Shown: piece by piece, positions 1 through 12,070 of the stretch | How the letters are laid out: each line of letters opens with the position of its first letter | Numbering within the stretch: position 1 is the first letter of the stretch | Source of the DNA: Chrysomallon squamiferum | Lineage: Eukaryota; Animalia; Mollusca | Length of the DNA stretch: 64,000 nucleotides | Direction: 5' to 3' | Assembly: GCA_012295275.1 (NCBI GenBank) | Contig: CM022672.1 | Coordinates: 4,402,001 to 4,466,000, forward strand | Program-made: the position numbers and the translations under genes | The notes under the pieces: generated by a model | What the model was told of the DNA's origin: nothing | Databases searched by the model: none | Seen by the model: only the letters and a program-made list of their open reading frames with translations

Positions 1-316
1 CAACGGATGTTTGATAAGAGCAGACGCCAGAACGTTGTGGTCAGTAATTAGGGACAGGTGGACACGGCCGCCCCTCCTCTGTCCCTCGCCCGCTGGTTGA
101 AACTGACAAGGAGACAGCGTTTCCGGTCTCCTCTTGTTTGCGTTGAAGCTTTTATGAGCGAGCTGAAAGGACGTTGTCCAAATTAAAGTTGCCGAGGTCG
201 AGGGTAGGGGGGAGGTTGATGATGCCAGTGAACAAATTAAAGAGAAATAAAAAGGGGTTTTTCAGACATTCAGAAAAAAGAATAGAAAAAAACAAAAGAA
301 GAAAGAAAAAAAAAAG

Positions 317-318
<2 letters not shown>

Positions 319-395
<77 letters not shown>
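319..395. repeat. (TC)n microsatellite
   Basis: Perfect dinucleotide run. Confidence 0.95.
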
Positions 396-398
<3 letters not shown>

Positions 399-776
399 GA
401 TTTATTGCTTTTTTTAAAAATAACAACCTGGAATGTAGGAAGTAATATTTTTTAATTCAATCTAAAAACGATTTAAGCCCACTATCATCCTACGCGCTCT
501 GTTCAGTAACACAGATTTGTAGACGTTCCAGTCGAATAGCTCCAGGTATGAACATCTGGTAAATCGTCCTTTGGTTTCCCGTGATTTAGCGCGGCAAAAC
601 GTAATCAACACACGTAAAGCATAGTGAAGAATGAGTGGGGGGAAATAAAAAAATAATAAAATGAAAAGAATTTTCAGATTCCGCCACAAAAAAACCAAAA
701 AAAAAAAAAAAAAAAAAAAAAATCTGTTAGATTTGTAATATTTATCTTTTCTCTTTTTTATTTTCTACGTTGTTTA

Positions 777-835
<59 letters not shown>

Positions 836-1375
836 TGTTTATTTATTAATTAAATTCCATTGCCGTTCAACAACAAGAAACTATCTATAATTATTAAGTC
901 AAAATTTGAAGAAAAACCATGCTGACCTCAAACAATTATTATTGTTGTAATTACATATTACTGTAATTATAGTGTAGTATGTATGTGGAGGGTCGGGGGG
1001 GGGGTGTAAAATAAAAATTAAGAAAGTAATTATTTATGGTTATCATTAAAGACTGGTGTTAGGAATTTCCACACAATTTTACAAATGCCATAAGAAAAAC
1101 AACTTTACAAATTCACAGTACAGAAACCGAATAATAATTAAAACTAAAGAATTCTTAACGAAACAGAAATAGAAAACATCAACGGACGAAAAACCCACTC
1201 AACAATCAGGGATACGCAAGGCAAAAAAAATGTAACCAGTCTTTGAGTGCGCGTGCGTGTCGTAATTTTTAATCGGTCACAGACATGTACGAAATAGACA
1301 CTGTCTGCCAACCCAGGCAGCACCTGGTGACCAGGCACCGCCTTCTTCGTTCGTTTAATTAAAATAGAAATTCAG

Positions 1376-1430
1376 TCACATTATATTCGAAAAGTAAATA
1401 CTCGACTTTATTTACTAATTTTACAGACAC

Positions 1431-1464
<34 letters not shown>

Positions 1465-2011
1465 CGTTCATGAAAGAGAATGCGCACGTAAATATATATA
1501 TAAATAAACGTCTGGGGTTAATGACCGGGATTTCTATTAGATGATAAACTCGTTAAGAAGATCGGGGAGTTACTTGATCAATAAGATTCACACCCTCAGT
1601 GCTGTTACGGATTAAAAATACGAGCGACGGATCAGATACCTTTCTTTTTTCCATATACGGGCATACATTATTACATCATTTACTGAGTAATATGTCATTA
1701 ATACAGAGCCGTTAGTATAAATTATTTGGTTCTAGGAGAGGAAACTTTTTTTTTTTTTTTTTTGGCTGCGTGGTGGGAGAATTTGACTTATTTTCTGAAA
1801 GTGGATCCGCCAGTTACAACGAACTGACGTATTTAAGAACGGCAGTATGTAAGCTAGAGTTAGAATAATAATAGAACGCGCGTTAGAGCTAATGCTCTGT
1901 CAGGGCTAATTAATTATTAATATATTTACGTGCGCATTCTCTTTCATATATATATATATATATATATTAGTAAATAAATTCGAGTCATCAGTATATTTCG
2001 GGAGCATGTGA
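1376..2011. mobile_element. Inverted-repeat (MITE/foldback-like) element upstream of the recovered DUSP exons
   Basis: ATGAAAGAGAATGCGCACGTAAATATA (1470-1496) is the exact reverse complement of 1921-1947. CTCGACTTTATTTACTAAT (1401-1419) pairs with 1966-1984 with one mismatch. Each arm contains a (TA)n tract. Confidence 0.6.
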
Positions 2012-2103
2012 AATTTATAATGGGATGATTGTGTATGGTTTTAAATTAAGATATAAAAAAGCAAGGAAAGAAGGGAAGATACTTAAATAGAAATTAATAT
2101 TCG

Positions 2104-2164
<61 letters not shown>

Positions 2165-2166
<2 letters not shown>

Positions 2167-2240
2167 GGAAATTTTTTTATAATAAACCTTTAATCCGGAA
2201 ACATTAACTTGCCGGAAAATTCGCAGGAAACAGGAAGTCA
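2165..2240 (+). promoter_or_regulatory. Cluster of ETS-type GGAA sites in the DUSP locus
   Basis: GAGGAA, CCGGAA (2195), CCGGAA (2212), CAGGAAA (2224) and CAGGAAGT (2231) within about 75 bp of otherwise AT-rich DNA. Confidence 0.45.
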
Positions 2241-3267
2241 TTTTGGGCCACGGTACAACATTTTTCCTGTATAAATTATCATCTATTGTAGTTTGAATGT
2301 CTGCCCGTTCCTGATTTACTACGTGTTAACTAGTCACAGGCATTTGTTTCCAATTTACACTCAGTTTAAATCATTTACTTCATCGCTTAATGTTGTTTGT
2401 TTGGGGCTCGGCCAATATTAAAATAATCGATATGAAATAAAAGTTCTGTAAAAAGCGCAATTAAATTTATTGTAAATTATTTTCACATCATGGGAACACA
2501 TTTAAAAAATAATAATAAAAAATAAAAAATAAATAAATAACGTTAGACATACGGAAATTGAGGTTTATTTAAATTCTCACGTTATGAACGCAATGTAACC
2601 ACACGGAATTTGATTCATAGGGAATAGAAAACAAGCTGTCAAATAATTGAACATATACACACTCAACACGCACACACTTACGCCCGTACGTACGTACGTA
2701 CGCAGGTATAAAATGAATGAAAATGTATTCATTATCATCATTAGAGCTCCTTTAATTTGACTATGCAGCAAGTCACAATAAAATGAATACTGAACTGCTA
2801 GCGATGAACGAACAAAAATAACCACTGGAATGTGTTTACAAATAATGTTATTATTGTCAAAACTCGTAACATCGGCGATACTTAATTAAAATATTTGAAA
2901 ACTGAGGTACGCGTGCGTGCGTGCGTGCGTACGTGATCGCACGCGATCGTGCGTGGGTGTCTGTACAGAGGGAGGAATCTTCTCATTGAACGCTGTGTAC
3001 ACAGAGTTTATCATCATTCTTATCCGTCTGAGTTGTAATCAGTCAGTCATAACAACGTAGTCCCAGTTGTTTTTGTTTTTCTTTCCACGTAGAAAGTCGG
3101 TCCCCGCTGTGCAGCGACTTAAACAGCTGGCGTTTTTAGCTGCAGGTTATTTTTAACCCAGCTTTCCCTCCAACCGCTGTGCCGGTGTATAAAAATAAAA
3201 TATGAAAAACGAGAAGAAATTATCACTTATTTCTCGTGTTTGCGCTTTTTTATTGCTGTGCCAGTAA

Positions 3268-3313
<46 letters not shown>

Positions 3314-3315
3314 AA

Positions 3316-3352
<37 letters not shown>

Positions 3353-3465
3353 GACAACAATAATAAGTGCTTTACAAGGTTTTAATATCAACAATAATTA
3401 TGTCGCTTGCCATTATTTTGTTAAAATGGCTTTATTTATTTATTTATTTATTTATTTATTTCCAG

Positions 3466-3890
3466 AGGCCTGTCGAGTTGCTTCCATATTTGTACATCGG
3501 CGATTCGAGTCATTCCTCTAGAAAAGACATTCTCAAAAGTATAGGAGTCACCGCCATCTTGAATGTATCAACTTCTTGTGAAAATCACTTCCCTCAGGAC
3601 TTCCGGTACAAAGTAATCCCCGTTGAGGACACCGTTAGCGCAGATTTACTAACATGGTTTACGGAAGCTATAGATTTTATAGGTAAGTTTCTTATCTTGT
3701 ACACTAGGATAGCATTTAGATACCGCGATTCCTTCAGCAGTACATTATCTTATCGGACGAATATTAACAGAAAATTACTGGGCAAGAACTTAACTGCACC
3801 ACTTTAAATTGAAGCTGTAGATTTTTAAAATTTGTGTATAAATCTGCAAGTGTCATTTGAGTTAACACTAATACGTATCAGCTCCATTAC

Positions 3891-3937
<47 letters not shown>

Positions 3938-3956
3938 TAAATAACAATAAACAACA

Positions 3957-4028
<72 letters not shown>

Positions 4029-4499
4029 AATAATAATAATAATAAATGCAGTTTTAATAACAAATCTGTTTTATCTCTTTTTTCAGAGGAAGAACGACGT
4101 TCAGGCGGCATTGTCCTCGTGCACTGCAGGGGCGGGGTGAGCCGTTCCGCCACCATCTGCCTCGCCTACCTGATGTACTCGCGCTCGCAGAGTCTCGAAG
4201 ACGCCTTCGAGTACCTCAAGTGCAGACGCGACGTCATTTCGCCCAATGCAAGCTTCATGATCCAGCTCTCGCTCTTCGAGAAGGAGCTGCTGTCGTACAA
4301 GAAGACGACCAAGGCCGTGACCAACCAGGCCATGTCCCCGTGTCGGATGTTCTCGCACGGTTTCATATCGCCATCGGAAAACAACAACATATTCTCATTC
4401 CATGGTTGTGACATTAATAGTGCCTCAGCAGACGTGGAAATCAGTCACGTCTCTTCGTCGTTCACGTTTCTCAGTAGCCCGGTTGTGTCCACGAACTAA
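3466..4499 (+). CDS. Dual-specificity MAP kinase phosphatase (DUSP1/4/5-like), last two coding exons; 5' rhodanese-domain exons not found in window
   Basis: Exon 3466-3682 (ttccag|AGG...ATAG|gtaagt) encodes RPVELLPYLYIGD...VTAILNVS...YKVIPVED...WFTEAIDFI. Exon 4087-4499 (tttcag|AG) continues in phase 1 with VLVHCRGGVSRSATICLAYLM (HCX5R catalytic loop) and ISPNASFMIQL, then stops at TAA 4497-4499. The C-terminal tail (IFSF...FLSSPVVSTN) resembles DUSP1-type tails. Confidence 0.92.
3888..4044. repeat. Compound (AAT)n/(AAC)n microsatellite in the last DUSP intron
   Basis: Direct inspection; source of the poly-Leu ORF artefact. Confidence 0.95.
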
Positions 4500-4699
4500 T
4501 AACGATGGAGACAGTATTTTTTTTTTGCGGGTTACTAAAACACGTGGGGAGGACTCTGTGCAATCGACGTTAAAAAGTTCAGAATTTTCGTTTCGGTTCT
4601 TCTTCTTCTTCTTAGCTTGTTTACTGTGATTTCATTGATTGACTGACTGACTGACGCTGTGTGTGGAAGTTACGCAATTTTGGGATGTCTGAAACGTGA

Positions 4700-4990
4700 C
4701 TGTTATGTTTTGTTCGCATATCATTTAATTAATTTATTAGCAACGAACTTGTTTGAACAGCTACCAGAATTTGTAATTTATGATCGTTTCTTTTTCTTTT
4801 ATTCTTTCGTTTTTTTTGTTTTTTTTTAAATGCACAGTTTATTTACTTAATCAGTCTGTGTATTTATTACATTAAGTTTTGTTATTATTATTATTATTAA
4901 ATTATTGAAGAAAAAAAAAAAAGGTATGTTTTTTTTCATAGTTTAAAGAAAAAAGACAGCATACTATGTTAATATTTAATTACTGTTTAA
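4700..4990 (+). promoter_or_regulatory. AU-rich elements in the presumed DUSP 3' UTR
   Basis: Several ATTTA pentamers in a U-rich context (about 4723, 4732, 4776, 4841, 4862). Low specificity in such an AT-rich genome. Confidence 0.25.
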
Positions 4991-5206
4991 TATTTGTTAA
5001 TATGCATTAAGTAAACATTGCATAAAACTTGCTGAGTCGCGCACATTATGAACAAACTTGGATGAAAGTTTAATGAAAGAATAATTGTTTTAACGAAATT
5101 TCAGCAATTACAGTTAAACATGTGTATCAATGTTTCTTACGTGTCAAAGTAATAAGTTTTATTTCCATCATAATAATTTGGACCTGAGTAGAAACCTGCT
5201 CCAACC

Positions 5207-5207
<1 letters not shown>

Positions 5208-5272
<65 letters not shown>
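5208..5272. repeat. (TA)n microsatellite
   Basis: Direct inspection. Confidence 0.95.
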
Positions 5273-5276
<4 letters not shown>

Positions 5277-5977
5277 GATAACTTGGCAATATACAAAATA
5301 ATTTTGGTTTTTATGTTCACTTCAAACTCGGCAAAGTTCTAATTTCCAAATCGACTAATTTTTTATGACTAAATCAAACTTACGAACAATTTCACGTCAG
5401 ATTAGATAATATATATATATATATATAAAATAATTAAAAAAAAAAAAAAAAAAAATAAAAAATTATAAAATTAAAAACATATGGGTTAGCAATGAATGTT
5501 TGCATATTGATAAGTTTGGAAAGAAAAAAATAAGTTTGAACACATGAGCAATCATTTGACTATAAACATTTATTGTCTTTCCGTCCTGTATATATGCACT
5601 GAAGGGAAAAAAAAATAATAATAATAAAAAAATTAAAAATCAGGGGTGGATCGAGGATCTTTTGCAGTGAAGGGACACAGACGGTTTATTGAATAATAGT
5701 GTGAAGAAGAAACTGTACTCAATTCTTGGTGTGTGTTGTTGAATAAAAAAAACCCCTACAAAACAGAGGGAGTACAAAGTTCCCGACTCTGGATATGTGT
5801 CTGTAAGTTGAATAATAAGTCGGTTTAAAATTGCTAAACTGTAACATTAATTATGTTATGACGTGGGCGATTGATTATGTACCTGTGTGTGTGAGTTACT
5901 TGAATGCCAGTTTCGGTTTTGTATATAAACACGAATAAGGGTCTCTATAAATTGTATGTGATCTTTTTTCATTAACA

Positions 5978-6008
<31 letters not shown>

Positions 6009-7431
6009 CTTAAGTGTGATTAATAATTATAAAACGTTGATCATTTTTATTTATTTATTAAAGTGTTTGTGGGACATAAATTCAGTTCATTTAGCTATAA
6101 ACGTAAACAGTTCATACAATTTTGTATTAAATTCACATTTATATAAACGTCTGTTATTTTAAAACCAATATTCCGACTGTGTTTAGAACTGAACTCAAAT
6201 TATATTTAAAACAAATCCTTTTTACCATTTCAAAAATAATTTTTATTTTTAATTTGTCAGTTAATGAAACAAAAGAAAAAAGAAAAAAAAAAAAAAAATA
6301 ATAATTTTGTATATTTTGTTTGTTTTTCATTCTGTAAAATGGAGTTTTATATATCTCACAAACAAGAACAATCATTTTCATCAGCGTCTTTTTTTTTTTT
6401 TTTTTTTTTTTTTTTTCTAATTTATTTAAAATGGATAGAACATTTTGTATTTATAACTGGAAAATGGCAACTATGTTTCCAAATGATTGCATATTTTTGT
6501 ATTTGTATTGACAACGTGCCAACAAGTAAATAAAATTGTTTATTGTTACCTTTGTTATTATTATTATTTTTGTTTTTAAATTTTATTAGTTTTAATAGTC
6601 ATTGCGATAGTAAAAGCTAGAGTGGTAGCAGCCATAATCACAGTAATAGTACTACACGAGGTCGGAGGAGTAGAAGAAGTAGAGGTAGAAGTAGAAGTAG
6701 CAGGATTAGTGGTAGCAGTAGTGATAGTAGTAGTAGTAGTAGTAAATGCAGTACAAATTTGGTTTAATAACACCAAGCTGACTTAATGTTCTGTTGTGGA
6801 CTACTGAATGTCAAATCTTTAATTGTTTTCTCCGTGTCATCTTTTTGTGTATATCTTTACTTGGAAATGAATATACTGTTGCCGTTGATGACAAGTCCTC
6901 GATACCAGTTGGAACAGGAAATATTGATCATTATTGAAGATATCGGGGGGATTTTTTTTTTTTTTTGTATCTAATTAATAGTTAATGAACTGAAATATAC
7001 CGAGATTTACTGATATTAATTTCTGTTTCTACTGTTTTATCTACATATTCTTCGAAGAAAATACATTCTTATAAAAAAAAAAAAAAAAAAAATCAAAAAA
7101 AAAAAAAAAATCCGTATCTTAACATATGTGTATTATTTAGTTTATTCCAGTTTCGATAATACTGACCTCACCTTTTAATGGCTGTGACAAACCAAATTGT
7201 GTCTGTGGGCGAGTGTCTGTAAATTAATTAACTCTTCCCAGTAGTTTACCAGTTCATGGTACGTAGGCGCTAAGGTATTTTTGTTTTATTGATATTCAGT
7301 TTGTAGTGTTTGTGTGCGTGCGTGCGCTAGCGCGCGCGCGCGCGCGCGTGTGTTAATAAAAGAAACAGAGTCAAATAAGAACAGAGGAAGTGGAGGAGTT
7401 AGAATTGTGTTATATTTATTGTTTATCGCTG

Positions 7432-7508
<77 letters not shown>

Positions 7509-7947
7509 TTTATTTAAACTTACAGCTATAAAAATAACAAAATTATTTTTAACATAATATACATGCATTATATTTTACATTAAAAAAAAATCCAAAACCC
7601 TAGCCCCCAAAACAACAACAACAAAACAACCATCAACGATACATACATATACAAACACATAATCACATACACATACACAAACACATACATACATTCATAC
7701 ACATACATACATACATACATACATACATACATACATACATACATTTACGTTTTGTTTTTAAACGGTAAAAAAAAACCAACAAAAAAAAAAAAACATTACA
7801 ACTTATACATTTTGTTTTATTAGTTTGTGTGTTGTTGGTTGTGTCAGGAACAAAAAGCAGTGGAAATTCTGATGATTTGTGGTAAACTTTCCAATAGTCA
7901 GACCTCCGCGTAATCGTAGGCACGGCTCAACATCACCAATACAATTT

Positions 7948-7961
7948 GTTTCCATGGTAAC
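7948..7961. promoter_or_regulatory. RFX X-box motif
   Basis: GTTTCCATGGTAAC is a near-perfect palindromic X-box, inside a complex CpG-containing block (about 7850-8140). Confidence 0.45.
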
Positions 7962-8147
7962 TGTCCATTTTCATGAAGCTTTATCTTGTGTAGGAAAGAG
8001 AAAACTGGTCGCGGTTACTGCAATGTACACAGGCGCGTTTTTACGTTGTTTACGTCGTGCGACCTCATCATTTGGTGCAGGTGACAGAGTTTTCATTTTT
8101 CTCGCAACTTGCAGACGTCATGAAGTGGAAAATGATAATTAATGAAG

Positions 8148-8186
<39 letters not shown>

Positions 8187-8220
8187 TATTATATATATTT
8201 ATATTTGTATGAATGAAATG

Positions 8221-8278
<58 letters not shown>

Positions 8279-9329
8279 CATCACACACACACATTTTATA
8301 GCATACATGTACCTTAAAAACGATTAGGCCGAAGAGAGTCAACAATTGATTTTATCTCTAAGAAAAACCTAAAAAAAAAAAAAAAAAAAAATATATCCAT
8401 AGGCCTATTTGATGATTATCACGTTTTATATCATCACTTTATATATTCACTTTACATTTTTGTTTATACAAATAAATATATAAAAAATAAATATACTTTC
8501 TTGTCAACGTAACGATAAACCCATCTGATAAACCCAAACACGTTTTTCACCATAAACATCTTGAAACAATCAATAAATATAAAATGTAAAAATTATAACA
8601 AAAGCTATGTAGCATAATATATATTTACATACATATATCTATATGTATATAGATATATGTAAAATGCTATGCGTCAATTGCGTTTAACCATTCTCTACGT
8701 TTTGCAATCATGAAACCATCTCGAACGCAGCATCTGCAAGCTTTTCATAATATTTATGTCAACTGATCGAATCTGCGTTTGCCAGCAGAAAAGAAAATCT
8801 TAGTGAGGATAAACCGAGTTAATCGATAACAGGCGCACTGCAATGTCAAGGTCGCACGCCCACTTTTTTTTTTTTTTTTTTTGCGCCGAAGCAATCAGGT
8901 GATCGAGCGCAGACGGCCAAAGTGTCGAGCTCGTTGAGCTGCCCAGCACAGCAGAAAAATGAAATTGGAATTCTCTAATGACGTATTTCTCGAAACGAAC
9001 GTTACGTAGCAAGTCATCTAGGACCTCATTTTACTCGATCGTAAATTGTATTTAAGTGTAAATGAAGATCTTTACGATTTAATTTAAAATCGGTATCGTT
9101 TGATACAGCATATAATTAATTACATTTTTAAACTAATGAAAATGTAAGTGGTTTTTTTTTTTTGGGGTGGGTTGGGTGAGTGGGATTGTGCGTTTTTCTT
9201 TTAAAGTAAAAAGAAATGAATGTTACACTTTTTGACACTTCGCACAAGAATTAAAGAGAACGATGCAAACAATTATCTTAGGAACATATTATGACTCAGA
9301 GCATAAGCGTATAGTGTATGTTATATATC

Positions 9330-9367
<38 letters not shown>

Positions 9368-9408
9368 CCGTGCAGTAAGGATATGTTAGGAGAATAATAG
9401 AAGATACA

Positions 9409-9457
<49 letters not shown>

Positions 9458-9577
9458 AAAATAAACGGATAATTTGAGTGATAATGTGTCTGAGAAAAAT
9501 ATTTTATGATTATGCTACTGCCATTACTATTATACTGATATTAACTGCTATCACTACTTTTACTACTACTTCTACTT

Positions 9578-9622
<45 letters not shown>

Positions 9623-11394
9623 ATCTATTATTATTATTGCTCCATGATTACTGGTGCAAATTGGTCAATCATAACAATTTTATTTAATTTTATAATAATT
9701 ATAATAAATAATTAAATAAAAAAATAAAAATAAAAATAGAAATCACCTGGTTTAATCTGAAAGAAGATTATATTTGTTTTACAGTTAACTCGGTTGGAGA
9801 TTCGATTCATTCTCTGTAGTTTACATATTCAGATGCAAGCAGTACTCTTAACTGAAACCAGTTCATTCATTTTCTCTCTGTCTCTCAGTCTCTATGTATG
9901 TATGTATGTATGTATCGATCTATCTATCTATCTTTCTACCTATCTATCTATATAATCTATCTATCTAACCATCAATCTATCAGTAATATTGTTTTGGGGT
10001 AATACCTCGGTCAGTAACAACAATGATTAAAATCATCATTAGTTTAACTAGCAATAATGAAAGGAATCAAAGACATATATTACATATTATGCAAAATCAG
10101 TCAGACATCAATACAAAAAAATTCGAACAAAAAGCTGAAGAAATTATTCTTATAAATCTTCATCAATCAACAGGCAGACATGTTCCTTTCACAGAAAAAG
10201 GCAGACACTTTTTGGTTTCGTTTGCTTATACAGACGATAACACTAAGCAAACAGACGAAAACACTGCCGGTCAATGGAAAATCTAATAATTCACATTTTT
10301 ATGAAAAGTTTCAGAGATTTGGACGTTTTTGGAGCCACTTGGTTTTGTCCGAACTTTTAGTCAGTGCTTCGAGACGATCTTGTTTCATCAATAATTTTTA
10401 ATGGTGATTAGTCAAACCTTAACTGTTTTTTTGTTGGGTTTTTTTTTTTTTTTCAAAAGAAGCAGAATGCGAGTTATGAGAATATTTTGTTCCCCATTGA
10501 AAGGGCAGAACAGTTTGTTTATCTGCTTCTTCTGTAGGAAGGGAAGGATATTTAGCTGATGGGCTGTAGCTGGGTGTCTTGTCACACCTTAACTTGCTAT
10601 TACTTCTGCTATTACTTCTGCTTTTACTTCTGCTGCCAAATGGACAAAACAGTTTACTCTGATTTGTCAGATATTTCTACTTCGTTTTGCAAGCGGCTAC
10701 GACGTTTCGAAAAATTCGAAGAAATTTTAAATAAGGGTTAAACGATCGTTACATTAACATGCAATACAGTAAAAAGACGTTTCCACGCGTGTACCTTTTA
10801 ATATAACACCTTGCATTGAAATTAGGCTCATAACAATCGTAGGACTGTTAAATATCTAACTGCCCACACAAGTTATATATTAAATTGTTTCTAGCAATGT
10901 TTTATCAAAATGTAACTACTTTGAATGCACCTATGCATTCATATATATATATATATATTTATATATAACATCTGCAGAACAGAACGAACGAGAGATAGCT
11001 CCGGATTTGGATCATGTCCTTCATTATCTCTATGGTTTGAGTCATCACTTTCAACTTTACTGGTCAAAGAACCGGAATCCAGCATTCTTATTTGGCCTCA
11101 GGGAACCTGTGTTATCCGCCCAAGTCAAGCACCTGTAAGATAACACCCGCGCTCTGACGACTTGGTTCTAAACCAGGACTAAATTTACAGTAATGTTCTC
11201 GTGGGGAAAGGAAGAAGAAGAAGAAGAAGAAGAAGCAGAAAGAGATTTTCTATCATTTTAAAAATATTTTAGCATTTTCAAAAAGATCAGCCACATTTCC
11301 GTATTATTACTGGCATCTGTTAGTGTGTGAAAAACATATCATTTCAACCAAACTGTATGTTTGAGTATCTATGTCCGTTTCCGTTAACAGGATT

Positions 11395-11454
<60 letters not shown>

Positions 11455-11529
11455 CCCCTTGTCCTTTATCCAAAAAATCAAAGTTAATAAATTTCGAAAA
11501 TGTGTTTCTCAAATACAATAAAGTATCCT

Positions 11530-12070
11530 AGAACGAATCTAATTGGTTCTAGAGTCTCGTTCATTATAGGATCCATTGAAATACATTATAAGTGGTAATC
11601 CGTTCCAAGCCCTCAAATACACTCTGTTAAAAAATGACAAATGTAGTATAAAATAGTAAAATAAATGTATAAATGTATAAGAATGGTGTTATCCTTCCTA
11701 GCCCTCTTTGGTGACTGCTTCAAACTTCCAAATGTAGGCCATTACCGTGTCATTACAAATATGAAGGCCAATTTCTACAGCACCAACATCAGGATGATAT
11801 TCCTAAACAATTTTGAAAGGTTTATTCTAGAACCAGAAAACATCTTTCAGTTCTTGGGCTGCAATTACATGGCTTTGCTCCTTCTCCACATCCTCCCTTG
11901 ACTCCTCAGACATATTTTTCCATGTTCGTTCTGGGGACCTTCGTTCGTTATGGGTTCTGAGATTCATAGGTAAAAGCGTTCCTTATAGTATAATCCGTTC
12001 ATTATATGGTACCCCCCTATAATGTGCTTTTATTTAACTATGATCGTTATGTAATAGAGTCTTCATACTG
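11530..12070 (-). mobile_element. Degenerate Tigger/pogo-like DNA transposon remnant
   Basis: Minus-strand frame 11913-11698 reads MSEESREDVEKEQSHVIAAQELKDVFWF*NKPFKIV*EYHPDVGAVEIGLHICNDTVMAYIWK. This resembles, from memory, the YHP...FNDxxM C-terminus of invertebrate Tigger/TIGD1-like transposases, with two stops. Flanked by repeated TAATCCGTTC / CGTTCATTATA motifs. Confidence 0.45.

Noticed and set aside
174-455. 93-aa ORF and similar ORFs with poly-SL, poly-L, poly-Y, poly-ER or poly-VC tracts (e.g. 3887-4156, 7314-7517, 43675-43902, 57664-57956, 58926-59712)
   Set aside because: Translations of microsatellites; no splice-consistent or homologous content.
397-546. Possible upstream DUSP exon ending ccag|gtatga at 546
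   Set aside because: The phase-0 frame required by exon 3466 contains a TAG just before the donor, and there is no rhodanese-like peptide.
3091-3145. Exon-like segment (acgtag| ... gcag|gttatt) upstream of DUSP exon 3466
   Set aside because: The only open frame ends in phase 1, incompatible with the phase-0 acceptor; no recognisable motif.
4101-4414. Antisense and alternative-frame ORFs over the GC-rich DUSP last exon
   Set aside because: Shadow ORFs caused by high GC at third codon positions.
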